The notes under the pieces are model-generated. The model had not been told where the DNA came from and made no database searches. It worked only from the letters and a program-made list of their open reading frames with translations. This document shows positions 51,735 through 61,625 of a stretch of DNA of 64,000 nt, in pieces; the stretch's first letter is position 1; every line of letters begins with the position of its first letter. This DNA is from an uncultured bacterium (GTDB lineage Bacteria > Patescibacteriota > Minisyncoccia > Phycocordibacterales > GWA1-40-21): positions 116,530 to 180,529 of the forward strand of contig CAWJAN010000006.1 of NCBI GenBank assembly GCA_963840885.1, given 5' to 3'. The translations under genes were made by a program, and so were the position numbers.

Positions 51735-51781
51735 AAATTTTCATCATAAGTTGCGGTTCGAATGATATATCAGTATAAATA

Positions 51782-53608
51782 ATGCTTTCAAGCTATTTTA
51801 AAAGAAATAATAGTCCAGAAATAAACATAAGCCTTAAAAGCAATCACGGCTTTACTCTGATTGAAATTCTGGTAGGCGTTGCGGTTTTTTCGGCGATTGT
51901 CATATCTGTTTACGGGGCTTTCGCTCTTATAGAAAAGACCGTTATTATTTCTAAAACCAGAATCGCAATGACAGATATAGGAAGGGAACAGCTTGAAATA
52001 ATAAGGAACCTTTCATATTCTAATGTAGGCATTATCGGCGGATTGCCGGCCGGTAAAATTATCCGAGATAAGACCGTGACGAGAAGCGGAATTAATTTTG
52101 ACGTCCTGACAACAGTGAGGGGAGTCACAGATCCGTCCTCAACGCATCTATATTCTGATTACAAGCTTGTTGAGCTCGATATTTCCTGTGAAAATGGCTG
52201 TTCAGTGCCGACAGAAAGTTTTTCCACCATCGTTTCGGCTAATGGGCTGATAGTTTCAACCACTACCGGAGCAATAGTCGTAAGAGCACTTGATTCCGGC
52301 GGAAATCCGGTAGAAGGAGCAAATATAACAGTCAATAACAATTCGAGCACATCGCCAATTTTGGTCAATGATACGACAGATAAATATGGAAACCTTGAAA
52401 TCATAGATGTTCCGCCGGGAGTGAATAATTATTCAGTATCAATACAAAAAGACAGCTATTCTTCCGATAGAACCTATCCTCCCGGAGGATCAGGGAATCC
52501 AAATCCGATAAATCCCGATGCTACGGTTGTTGCTGGCAATACCACCCAGCTGTCTTTCCTGATAGATAAAGTAAGTTCCATAAATTTTTCAACTCTTACC
52601 GATACCTGCTCTCCTGTACCGGATATAGGATTTTCTCTGTCGGGCACAAAACTCATCGGAACATCGCCTGATGTACTCAAATACAGCCAAAATTTTTCAA
52701 GCGGTGGTTCCGGGATTAAGAATGTAAACAATCTTGAATGGGACGTTTATAATACTTCCGTATCTGATCCGAATTATGTTCTTGCCGGTACAATTCCGCT
52801 CTTGCCGCTCAATCTTTTACCTGATACTTCCCAGAATTTTGATTTTATCCTTGAACCAAAGAATCCAAAGCAGCTTCTTATTACCGTAGATGATTCTCAA
52901 AACGGCTTGCCGATTACCGGCGCCGATGTTGAGATCACCGATTCCCACGGGACTTCCACGACGCTTACCACAGGAAGAGGTTTTCTTGGGCAAAACGACT
53001 GGACGGGAGGAGACGGTCAGGAGCAATTTATTGATCCGACAAAATATTCCACTTCTACAAACATAGACAATTCTGATTCTTTGATAGGAATAAAGCTTTC
53101 AACTACGACAGTCTCAACTTCCACAACCGGATACTATGCGACAGGCACTCTTATTTCTTCCACATACGATACCGGAGCTCCTAGCAATTTTTACGAGATA
53201 ACATGGCTTCCCCAGAGCGAACCGCCGGAAACAGGATCATCCTCTGTGGAATTCCAAATAGCCTCGAACAATGACGATTCCACTTGGAATTTTTCCGGCC
53301 CGGACGGAACAGAAAGCACTTTTTACACGCTTTCGGACGGAAATATAAATTCTATAAATAACGGAAACAGGTATTTCAGATATAAAGTATTTTTAAGCAC
53401 GGATGACGACCAGTTTTCTCCGGTCCTTTCGAGCCTTTCTCTGACTTTTTCTTCTTCTTGCGTGCCGCCCGGACAAGTCCTTTTCAGCAATCTGAATTCA
53501 GGCTCTTATGATCTTTCCGTTTCCAAATCCGGATATCAGGATTATAGCGGAACGGTCAGCGTATCGTCTGACTGGCAGCAAAGCCAGATCCCATTATCAT
53601 CAGAATGA
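51782..53608 (+). CDS. prepilin-type N-terminal cleavage/methylation domain protein (large pilin-like)
   Basis: Class III signal HGFTLIEILVGVAVFSAIVIS. Confidence 0.6.
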   Translation: MLSSYFKRNNSPEINISLKSNHGFTLIEILVGVAVFSAIVISVYGAFALIEKTVIISKTRIAMTDIGREQLEIIRNLSYSNVGIIGGLPAGKIIRDKTVTRSGINFDVLTTVRGVTDPSSTHLYSDYKLVELDISCENGCSVPTESFSTIVSANGLIVSTTTGAIVVRALDSGGNPVEGANITVNNNSSTSPILVNDTTDKYGNLEIIDVPPGVNNYSVSIQKDSYSSDRTYPPGGSGNPNPINPDATVVAGNTTQLSFLIDKVSSINFSTLTDTCSPVPDIGFSLSGTKLIGTSPDVLKYSQNFSSGGSGIKNVNNLEWDVYNTSVSDPNYVLAGTIPLLPLNLLPDTSQNFDFILEPKNPKQLLITVDDSQNGLPITGADVEITDSHGTSTTLTTGRGFLGQNDWTGGDGQEQFIDPTKYSTSTNIDNSDSLIGIKLSTTTVSTSTTGYYATGTLISSTYDTGAPSNFYEITWLPQSEPPETGSSSVEFQIASNNDDSTWNFSGPDGTESTFYTLSDGNINSINNGNRYFRYKVFLSTDDDQFSPVLSSLSLTFSSSCVPPGQVLFSNLNSGSYDLSVSKSGYQDYSGTVSVSSDWQQSQIPLSSE

Positions 53609-54231
53609 TTAATTTAAAGCCAAAAAATAATAAGAGCAGAGAAGGATTTACCCTCATCGAAACGCTAGTCGCTCTCGGCATATTCCTGTTTGTCATGATT
53701 GAGCTTGGAAATTTCGCCAGAAGCATTTTCAACTACAATTCGATTATCCAAAACAGTTCTGTCGCTGAAGATGAGGCAAAACAGACTTTGGAGAAAATGG
53801 CTTCAGAAATGCGCTCAATGTATTCTTCCGATACAGGCTCATATGCCATAGGAGATGCGGGCACTTCCACGATAACTTTTTACAGCGATATTAATAATGA
53901 CGGCAAAAGAGAAAGAATAAGATATTTCCTTTCTGGCACTACATTGGAAAAAGGGATAACGGTTTCTACGGGCAGTCCTCTCTCATATGATTCAGCGAAT
54001 GAGACTTTTTCCGAAGCCATACACAATGTCAATAATTCACAAAGCCCAATATTCGAATATTTCGATGGAAATTACGACGGTTCGGAACCGCCTCTTTCAC
54101 AGCCGGTTAATATTTCTTCCGTAAGGCATATTAAGATTACGCTTAACATTGTAATGAATAATTTCGGGGCAACTTCCTCAATTTCCTTTTCCACAGACGT
54201 AACTCCGAGAAATTTAAAAGATAATCTATGA
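53605..54231 (+). CDS. prepilin-type minor pilin
   Basis: REGFTLIETLVALGIFLFVMI; 4-nt overlap with upstream gene. Confidence 0.6.
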   Translation: MINLKPKNNKSREGFTLIETLVALGIFLFVMIELGNFARSIFNYNSIIQNSSVAEDEAKQTLEKMASEMRSMYSSDTGSYAIGDAGTSTITFYSDINNDGKRERIRYFLSGTTLEKGITVSTGSPLSYDSANETFSEAIHNVNNSQSPIFEYFDGNYDGSEPPLSQPVNISSVRHIKITLNIVMNNFGATSSISFSTDVTPRNLKDNL

Positions 54232-55646
54232 TTTTCACAGAGAAAAAAACAAAAGGAGATATTCTGATAATGGCCTTGGTTTTTGGTGCCATCGCTCTCG
54301 TTATAATTCCGGCCCTAGTCAGGCTGAGCATAGTAAATTTAGAGACCACCACGTCTTATGTAGACAAACAAAAAGCCCTGCAGATAGCTGAAGCGGGAAT
54401 AGATTATTACAAGTGGCATCTGGCCTATGCTCCTACCGATTATAAGGACGGCTCAACTTCAACCGGGCCTTATATACATGATTTTTACGATAAAAATGGA
54501 GATGCGATCGGACAATATATACTCACCATAACTCCTCCTCCTACGGGTTCGACTTTGGTCACTGTGGATTCCGTCGGAAAAGTAAATGACAATCCAGGCG
54601 TCTCGAAGGAAATATCAGCGCAATTGGCCATACCATCTCTTGCGCAATACGCGATAGTTGCCAATGACGATATGAGATTCGGAACAGGAACCGTTGTCGT
54701 TGGGCCTATACGTTCAAACGGAGGAATACGTTTTGACGGCACAGCATACAATGTTGTATCAAGCGCAAAAACAACTTATGTCGATCCGGATACCGGACTT
54801 ACGGAATTCGGCGTTTTCACTTCAAGCGACCCTCAGCCACCTGCCCCCGTTCCGAACAATACTTCTGTCTTTGTTGCAGGAAGGCAGTTTCCGGTTGATA
54901 TAGTGGATTTCCCAGGAATTACGTATGATTTGGCACAGATAAAATCTGATTCCGATAACGGAGGAATACATCTTGGCCCTTCCGGAAAAAGTGGATATCA
55001 TATAGTTTTCAAAACCAACAAGACCTTCGATCTGTACAAGGTAAATACTTTATATACAAACCGCAATTGTCCGAGCCAAAGCCAGACAGGATGGGGAATG
55101 TGGAGTATATCGCCTAATTCCGGATCGGAAACTTTTGTCAAAAATTATCCCATTCCTTCAAACGGATTGATTTTCGTGGAAGATGACGTCTGGGTCGACG
55201 GGCAGATAAACGGCTCTCGCGTTACCATCGGAGCCGGAGTTTTTCCGGACAATCCTAATACCAGAAAAAATATTACCGTAAATAAAGATTTGCTTTATAC
55301 CAAATTTGACGGAAGCGATTCCATAGCGCTTGTCGCGCAAAACAATATCAATGTCGGTCTTTTAAGCAATGATACACTTACAATCGACGGCGCACTCATG
55401 GCCCAAAATGGAAGAGTCGGACGCTTTTATTATTCTTCCGGCTGCGGAGCGGATTATATAAGATCAACTATAAATCTTTATGGAATGATCGGTACAAATG
55501 TCAGGTACGGTTTTGCCTATACCGACAATACGGGATATTTAACAAGGAATTTGAATTATGACGGCAATTTTCTTTATGCGCCTCCGCCGAGCTTTCCTTT
55601 AAGCTCCGATCAGTACAAGGTCGTATCATGGAAAGAGCTTCAATAG
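54228..55646 (+). CDS. pilus-associated protein with non-canonical prepilin-like N-terminus (putative)
   Basis: KGDILIMALVFGAIALVIIPALV, no Glu at +5; translationally coupled to the pilin genes. Confidence 0.35.
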   Translation: MIFTEKKTKGDILIMALVFGAIALVIIPALVRLSIVNLETTTSYVDKQKALQIAEAGIDYYKWHLAYAPTDYKDGSTSTGPYIHDFYDKNGDAIGQYILTITPPPTGSTLVTVDSVGKVNDNPGVSKEISAQLAIPSLAQYAIVANDDMRFGTGTVVVGPIRSNGGIRFDGTAYNVVSSAKTTYVDPDTGLTEFGVFTSSDPQPPAPVPNNTSVFVAGRQFPVDIVDFPGITYDLAQIKSDSDNGGIHLGPSGKSGYHIVFKTNKTFDLYKVNTLYTNRNCPSQSQTGWGMWSISPNSGSETFVKNYPIPSNGLIFVEDDVWVDGQINGSRVTIGAGVFPDNPNTRKNITVNKDLLYTKFDGSDSIALVAQNNINVGLLSNDTLTIDGALMAQNGRVGRFYYSSGCGADYIRSTINLYGMIGTNVRYGFAYTDNTGYLTRNLNYDGNFLYAPPPSFPLSSDQYKVVSWKELQ

Positions 55647-55673
55647 ACTTTTGCCATTTCTCTTGCTAATATT

Positions 55674-56804
55674 TTGATTATGGAAAAAGAGGGCAACAGG
55701 ATTGTTGTTAACATAACTCCGGGATCGTTTTTAAAAGGCGTTCTGATAATACTTTTGTTTTGGTTCATGTTCTATATAAGAGACATACTTCTCGTTGTTT
55801 TGACTGCTATAGTTTTAGCTTCCGGAATCGAGCCGCTCATAAATTTTTTCAGGAAAATAGTCATAAAAAGGGTTCCAGCCGTCATAATTTCCTATTTAAG
55901 CATTTTCGCAATACTTGCCGGACTGATTTTTTTCTTTGTTCCGGCGGTACTTAACGAAACGTCATCGTTTCTTGAAGGCCTGCCAAAATATCTTGATTCC
56001 ACTTCTCTTTGGAATCCTACCGGCATAAGCTCGACAGACGTGGCATCTTCGCAAAAAATTGTTGATACGATATCTTCAGGAATAAGCAATCCTACAGGGC
56101 TTGTGCAAAACCAGATCAAAGGAACGAGCTTCGGCATAAGCGACCTATTGAAAGCCGTTGAAGATTTTTCTTCGAATACCGCAGACGGATTCGTAAAAAT
56201 CATGAGCGTTATCTTCGGAGGATTCCTCTCCTTCATACTTATAGTTGTCCTGTCTTTTTATCTTTCTGTCCAGGAAGACGGCGTGACGAAATTCCTGAGC
56301 TTGGTTGTTCCTCTTAAGCACGAAAAATACATAATTGATTTATGGAAAAGATCGCAGAAAAAAATAGGCCAATGGATGCAGGGCCAGCTGCTTTTGGGAA
56401 TCTTAGTCGGAGTCCTTCTTTATCTAGGCCTTATGATCTTGGGAATACCGAATGCGCTGCTTTTTGCGGTAGCATCCGGATTTCTTGAAATCATACCGTT
56501 ATTCGGCCCGATTATCTCTTCAATTCCGGCTATTCTTGCAGCATTTGTCAGCGGTGGCCTTACCGCTGCGCTTCTTGTAGCCGGACTTTACTTGATAGTC
56601 CAGCAATTCGAAAGCCATCTTATTTATCCTCTCGTCGTAAAGAAAATTGTCGGAGTTTCTCCTATAATAGTCATTCTTGCCATAATAGTCGGAGCGCAGC
56701 TGGCCGGCTTTCTCGGGGTGATATTGTCAGTTCCTCTTGTTTCGGCATTTATGGAATTTTTGGATGACGTCGATAAGAAAAAGCATTCATCCGTACAAGC
56801 ATAA
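55674..56804 (+). CDS. AI-2E family transporter (UPF0118 / PerM-like)
   Basis: About 8 TM; ..GFLEIIPLFGPIISSIPAILAAFVSGG.. signature region. Confidence 0.65.
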   Translation: MIMEKEGNRIVVNITPGSFLKGVLIILLFWFMFYIRDILLVVLTAIVLASGIEPLINFFRKIVIKRVPAVIISYLSIFAILAGLIFFFVPAVLNETSSFLEGLPKYLDSTSLWNPTGISSTDVASSQKIVDTISSGISNPTGLVQNQIKGTSFGISDLLKAVEDFSSNTADGFVKIMSVIFGGFLSFILIVVLSFYLSVQEDGVTKFLSLVVPLKHEKYIIDLWKRSQKKIGQWMQGQLLLGILVGVLLYLGLMILGIPNALLFAVASGFLEIIPLFGPIISSIPAILAAFVSGGLTAALLVAGLYLIVQQFESHLIYPLVVKKIVGVSPIIVILAIIVGAQLAGFLGVILSVPLVSAFMEFLDDVDKKKHSSVQA

Positions 56805-58255
56805 TGAATCACGATAAAAAACCGTTTTACATAACAACGACTCTGCCGTATGTGAATTCCGATCCACATATTGGCTTTGCCCTAGAAATTATCCGCGCAG
56901 ATGCGGTAGCCAGGTACAAGAAGCTTCAGGGCTTTGACGTTTTTTTTAATACCGGAACGGACGAGCACGGAGCGAAAATCTTCAAGAAAGCCGAAGAAGA
57001 GGGGATAACGGCGCAGGCATTCGTGGATAATGCCGCAAAAAAATACGAAGACCTCATAAAAATACTCAATATCTTGGAAGATATAAATTTCATACGCACT
57101 ACAGATCCGCATCATGTAAAAGCCGCCCAGGAATTCTGGAAAATCTGCGACAAGAACGGATACATATACAAGAAAAATTACGAGATAAAATATTGCATCG
57201 GCTGCGAGCTGGAAAAGACGGAGTCTGAGCTTGTAGACGGGAAATGCCCGCTTCATCCGAATCTGATAATAGAAATAATCAAAGAGGAGAACTATTTCTT
57301 CAAATGGTCCGCTTTCCAGGAAAAGCTCTTGGATTTTTACGGAAAAAATCCTGATTTCGTGATTCCTGATTTCAGATTCAACGAGATAAAAGCTTTTGTG
57401 AAAAGAGGGCTTTCTGATTTCAGTATTTCGCGTTTGAAGGAAAAAATGTCATGGGGAATAGAAGTTCCGGGCGATCGGGATCAGGTCATGTATGTTTGGT
57501 TTGATGCTCTTGTGAATTATATCTCGACAATCGGCTGGCCGGATGATACGGAAAAATTCCACAAATGGCAGAAGGAAACCGGCGGAATGGTACAGTATTG
57601 CGGAAAAGACAATCTCCGACAGCAGTCGGCCATGTGGCAGGCCATGCTTATGGCGGCAGATCTGCCGAATTCTAAAACCATAGTCATAGATGGATTTATT
57701 ACCGGAGAAGGCGGAATCAAAATGTCAAAATCGCTCGGCAATGTCATCGACCCGCTTGAGCTAGTAAGCGAATATGGCGCCGATGCGCTGCGCTATTTCT
57801 GCTTGCGCGAAGTTTCTTCGTTTGAAGATACTCCCGTAAGCAAAGATCTTTTCAAATCGGCATACAACGCAAGCCTTGCCAACGGACTAGGCAATCTGGT
57901 TTCCCGCGTTCTTACGATGTCCGAAAAGAATCTGGAAAAGCCGGCTGAAACTAAATGGATTGCTCTAGATGAAAAGTTCACCGATGCTTTTGACAGGTAT
58001 GATATCCAGGAAGCCATGAATTTTATATGGAACAAAATAAAATTGCTTGATGAAAAAATACAAAAGACTGAACCGTTTAAGCTGATAAAAACCGATAAAG
58101 AGAAAGCAATTGAAATAATAAAAGAACTTGTAGAAGGAGTTCATGAAATAGCTGTTTATCTTGAGCCTCTTTTGCCGGAAACATCGGAAAAAATCAGAAT
58201 GCTCATCAAAGAAAATAAAAAGCCGGAAACGCCTTTATTCGTAAGGAAAGACTAG
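56804..58255 (+). CDS. metG: methionine--tRNA ligase (short form)
   Basis: ..TTLPYVNSDPHIGF.. (HIGH region), KMSKSLGNVIDP. Confidence 0.85.
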   Translation: MNHDKKPFYITTTLPYVNSDPHIGFALEIIRADAVARYKKLQGFDVFFNTGTDEHGAKIFKKAEEEGITAQAFVDNAAKKYEDLIKILNILEDINFIRTTDPHHVKAAQEFWKICDKNGYIYKKNYEIKYCIGCELEKTESELVDGKCPLHPNLIIEIIKEENYFFKWSAFQEKLLDFYGKNPDFVIPDFRFNEIKAFVKRGLSDFSISRLKEKMSWGIEVPGDRDQVMYVWFDALVNYISTIGWPDDTEKFHKWQKETGGMVQYCGKDNLRQQSAMWQAMLMAADLPNSKTIVIDGFITGEGGIKMSKSLGNVIDPLELVSEYGADALRYFCLREVSSFEDTPVSKDLFKSAYNASLANGLGNLVSRVLTMSEKNLEKPAETKWIALDEKFTDAFDRYDIQEAMNFIWNKIKLLDEKIQKTEPFKLIKTDKEKAIEIIKELVEGVHEIAVYLEPLLPETSEKIRMLIKENKKPETPLFVRKD

Positions 58256-58258
58256 TTT

Positions 58259-58287
58259 TTGACAAATTATAATTTTAGTGTTAGCAT
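58259..58287 (+). promoter_or_regulatory. sigma70-type promoter of GC-rich cassette 2
   Basis: TTGACA (58259-58264), 17 nt spacer, TAGCAT (58282-58287); AGGAGG RBS at 58358-58363. Confidence 0.45.
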
Positions 58288-58370
58288 TGTATTGCAGGCA
58301 AAGAGGTTTGTTTGCTTGTTCTTTCAAGAAAAATCCTGTCTTTGGGCGGGAAAATACAAGGAGGATTGTC

Positions 58371-59030
58371 ATGGCTACAAAAGTCACCGGCGATCTGTAT
58401 GAGAAACTTGACGCAAAGCTTTTTGAGATCAAGCGGCAGATCCGCCAGCCTGGTGGATACCCGTATGATCCGGAGAAGCTTAATAAGTGGTTGCAAGAAG
58501 CGATCGAAGGTCAGTTCCCAGGTTCATTTCATGGGGAAGTGTCCGATGATGGCGAAGTGATTTGTTTTTCTGTCTTTTCAAACGGCAATAGCGGCAAGGA
58601 CTGGATCAACTATTTTGAATCCAAAGGAATTCGCATTAATGATGATGCCCGCGAGCTTCTTTTGTCCAAGCACTTCACATTCACACGTAATCTTCCGTAC
58701 GAGATCGTGATTATTAAAGGAGGATTTTTCTCCGATGACGATCGTGTCACGCAGAAGATTCGCGAAGAAGCGGATCGGCGGGGTTTCAAAACTCCTCCGG
58801 CTGAAGTCGCCTGCTTCATTCGAGATAGGTTCTCAGATACAGAGATCAAAGAAATGGGTCTGCGATGGATTGTTGCTAGGCACAAGCCAATCAAAGATTC
58901 TGGCGGTTACCCACACTTGCTCTGTGCAGGCACGGATGATCCACGCTTTGGGATGGACACGGAATTCGCTGAGCCGGGCGGCGGGTGGCTTTCCAGCCAT
59001 GGCTTCGCGTTTATCAATTTCTTCGAGTAA
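58371..59030 (+). CDS. hypothetical soluble protein, compositionally foreign (GC about 50%)
   Basis: MATKVTGDLYEKLDAK...; ATC/AAG/CGC-rich codon usage unlike the neighbours; no TM; no family recognised. Confidence 0.55.
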   Translation: MATKVTGDLYEKLDAKLFEIKRQIRQPGGYPYDPEKLNKWLQEAIEGQFPGSFHGEVSDDGEVICFSVFSNGNSGKDWINYFESKGIRINDDARELLLSKHFTFTRNLPYEIVIIKGGFFSDDDRVTQKIREEADRRGFKTPPAEVACFIRDRFSDTEIKEMGLRWIVARHKPIKDSGGYPHLLCAGTDDPRFGMDTEFAEPGGGWLSSHGFAFINFFE

Positions 59031-59043
59031 GTTTTTAGTTTTT

Positions 59044-59076
59044 GGCGCGGTTTTCCAAAACCGCGCCTTTTATTTT
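59044..59076 (+). terminator. rho-independent terminator
   Basis: ggcgcggtttt-cc-aaaaccgcgcc + ttttatttt. Confidence 0.6.
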
Positions 59077-59108
59077 ACATTTTATCTACTTCCAGCTACT
59101 CTATATAT

Positions 59109-59885
59109 ATGGAACTCAAATATATCGATATCCATTCCCATATAAGCTTTGCCGATTACGGCAAAGACCAAGCAGAAGTCCTAAAAAGGATGAGGGAGCA
59201 GGAAGTCGGAACGATTACCGTAGGCACTGATTTGGAAAGCTCCAAAGAAGCTGTGAAAATAGCGGAAGAGAATGAAAATATCTGGGCTTCTATCGGACTT
59301 CATCCGAAAGATAATCCCAAAGAGACTTTTGAGGAAAAAGATTTTGCCGAACTCGTAAAAAGCCCGAAAGCCGTCTCGATTGGGGAGTGCGGACTCGATT
59401 ATTTCAGAATGTCCGGCGATATCGAATCGGAAAAAGAACGTCAGAAAAAAGAATTCATAAAGCAGATAGAATTTGCAATCAAGCATGATAAGCCACTCAT
59501 GCTTCATATAAGAGACGCGCATGATGACGCTTATGAAATATTGAAAAAATACGAGGGAAAAGCCAGAGGAAATATACACTTTTTTACCGCGAGCTCGGAA
59601 ATAGCCGAAAAGTTCATCGGGCTCGGCTTTACTGTTTCATTCCCCGGCGTCATCACTTTTGCAAAGGAAACAGAGGAAGCAGTGAAAAATATTCCTCTTG
59701 ATAAGATACATGCCGAGACAGATTCGCCGTTTGCTGCACCCGTTCCTTACAGAGGAAAAAAGAATGAGCCAGATTACGTTGTAGAAGTAGTAAAAAAGAT
59801 TGCCGAGCTGCGAGAAGAAGATTTTGAGACAGTAAGGCATCAGCTTCTCGAAAACGCCAAAATGGTGTTTAATATTAACTTATGA
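59109..59885 (+). CDS. tatD: TatD-family metal-dependent deoxyribonuclease/hydrolase
   Basis: IDIHSHI.., ..ECGLDY.., ..HIRDAHDD.., ..HAETDSP motifs. Confidence 0.8.
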   Translation: MELKYIDIHSHISFADYGKDQAEVLKRMREQEVGTITVGTDLESSKEAVKIAEENENIWASIGLHPKDNPKETFEEKDFAELVKSPKAVSIGECGLDYFRMSGDIESEKERQKKEFIKQIEFAIKHDKPLMLHIRDAHDDAYEILKKYEGKARGNIHFFTASSEIAEKFIGLGFTVSFPGVITFAKETEEAVKNIPLDKIHAETDSPFAAPVPYRGKKNEPDYVVEVVKKIAELREEDFETVRHQLLENAKMVFNINL

Positions 59886-60751
59886 TAGAAAACAAAACAC
59901 TTATCACAAAGCCGAGTGCAGATTACGAGCTTATAGACAGCGGAAACGAGGAAAAGCTCGAACGCTGGGGAAAATATATTTTGCGAAGGCCGGATCCTCA
60001 GGCGCTTTGGAATAAAACTAAATCCGAAACGGAATGGAAAGCGGCCGATGCAGTTTTTGACGGAGACAGAAAAATCTGGAAAAAGAAAAATGAAAGCATG
60101 AAAAACGAATGGCAAATTGCTTTCGGGAATTTGAAATTCAATATCAAGCCGACAGCTTTCAAGCATACCGGAGTTTTTCCTGAACAGGAGCCGAATTGGA
60201 ATTGGACTATAGAAAGAATAAAAAATTCTGGCAGACCCGTAAAAATTTTAAACTTGTTTGGATATACTGGCGGAGCGACTTTGGCTGCGCTTTCCGCTGG
60301 AGCGGACGTCACCCACGTGGACGGCTCAAAGGCAGCTGTGAACTGGGCGAAAGAAAATGCGGAACTTTCGGGTTTTGATAAAAAGCCAGTCCGCTGGATT
60401 ATTGATGATGCCAGGAAATTCGTCATGCGCGAAATCAAACGCGGAGGGAAATACGACGGAATCATCATGGATCCGCCGTCATTCGGCCGTGGAGGAAAAG
60501 GCGAAATATGGAAGATTGAGAAAGATCTGCCGAAACTCCTTGAAGATTGCGGAAAAATCCTTTCGGAAAATCCTTTGTTTTTTATAGTAAATGGCTATGC
60601 TTCGGGATATTCTTCGATTGCTTATTATAATGCGCTTCAGCCAGTCATGAAAAAATATGGCGGCAGTTTTGAATATGGAGAACTGGCGATTGAAGAATCA
60701 AAAGGAGGCAGATTATTGCCCGCCGGTATATTCGTCCGTTGGAATAGGTAA
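59882..60751 (+). CDS. class I SAM-dependent rRNA methyltransferase (RlmI/RlmK-like)
   Basis: ..LNLFGYTGGATLAALSAGADVTHVDGSKAAVNWAKENAELSG.. SAM-binding fold; ..DPPSFGRG.. Confidence 0.55.
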   Translation: MIENKTLITKPSADYELIDSGNEEKLERWGKYILRRPDPQALWNKTKSETEWKAADAVFDGDRKIWKKKNESMKNEWQIAFGNLKFNIKPTAFKHTGVFPEQEPNWNWTIERIKNSGRPVKILNLFGYTGGATLAALSAGADVTHVDGSKAAVNWAKENAELSGFDKKPVRWIIDDARKFVMREIKRGGKYDGIIMDPPSFGRGGKGEIWKIEKDLPKLLEDCGKILSENPLFFIVNGYASGYSSIAYYNALQPVMKKYGGSFEYGELAIEESKGGRLLPAGIFVRWNR

Positions 60752-60759
60752 TTTTAATC

Positions 60760-61602
60760 ATGAAAATCTTAGATGGGATAAAAGTCCGCGATTTTATCGC
60801 GGACATGATAAGAAAAAAGCTGGAAAAACTCGGAGCAAAGCCGAAGCTGGTCATTATCCAAGTCGGAAACGACGAGCGGTCATCGGTATACACGAGACAA
60901 AAGAAGCTGTTCGGCGAAAAGCTGGGATTTTCAGTCGAATATATAAATCTGGATGAAAAAATAACGGAAGTATCGCTAATTTTGGAAATAGAAAGTTTAA
61001 ATAATGATAAAAATGTAAACGGCATCATAGTCCAGCTTCCGCTGCCGGAAAAATTCAATGAGCTAAAAATAATAGAATCTATTTTGCCGGAAAAAGATGC
61101 GGATGGCCTCACCTCGAAAAATCTTCGCATGCTTTTGGGTGGCGAAAATGGAGGGATAATGCCCGCTACTACAAAAGGAATACTGACGCTTTTGGATTTT
61201 TATAAAATTCCGGTTGAAGGAAAGAAAGTCGCAATTGTCGGAAGATCGTTTTTGGTCGGAAGGCCTACAGCCCTCGCATTTCTAAATAGAAATGCCACGG
61301 TAACAATTTGCCACAGCAAGACCAGGAATATAAAAAAGGAAATATTATCCGCAGATATCGTCATATCTGCCGTAGGCCTGCCGAATTTCATCAAAAAAGG
61401 ATTTGTCAGGAAGGGACAGGTGATAATAGATGTCGGCATAACCAAATTAGGGGAGTCGGTATTGGGTGATGTCGATTTTAAGGCCGTATCAAAGGTTGTT
61501 TCGGCTATAACGCCCGTTCCAGGCGGAGCCGGCCCGATGACGGTTGTTTCTCTTTTTGAAAACGTTCTGGTATCATATATGGTACAAAACGGTCTAAAAT
61601 AA
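60760..61602 (+). CDS. folD: bifunctional methylenetetrahydrofolate dehydrogenase/cyclohydrolase
   Basis: ..VGRSFLVGRPTA.., ..PVPGGAGPMTV.. Confidence 0.85.
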   Translation: MKILDGIKVRDFIADMIRKKLEKLGAKPKLVIIQVGNDERSSVYTRQKKLFGEKLGFSVEYINLDEKITEVSLILEIESLNNDKNVNGIIVQLPLPEKFNELKIIESILPEKDADGLTSKNLRMLLGGENGGIMPATTKGILTLLDFYKIPVEGKKVAIVGRSFLVGRPTALAFLNRNATVTICHSKTRNIKKEILSADIVISAVGLPNFIKKGFVRKGQVIIDVGITKLGESVLGDVDFKAVSKVVSAITPVPGGAGPMTVVSLFENVLVSYMVQNGLK

Positions 61603-61625
61603 TTATCAATAAATTAATTTACATT

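Noticed and set aside
58278-58370. Alternative long ORFs 58278-59030 and 58312-58560 overlapping cassette 2
   Set aside because: They begin upstream of the promoter -10 or in a different frame. The ATG at 58371 follows an AGGAGG RBS.
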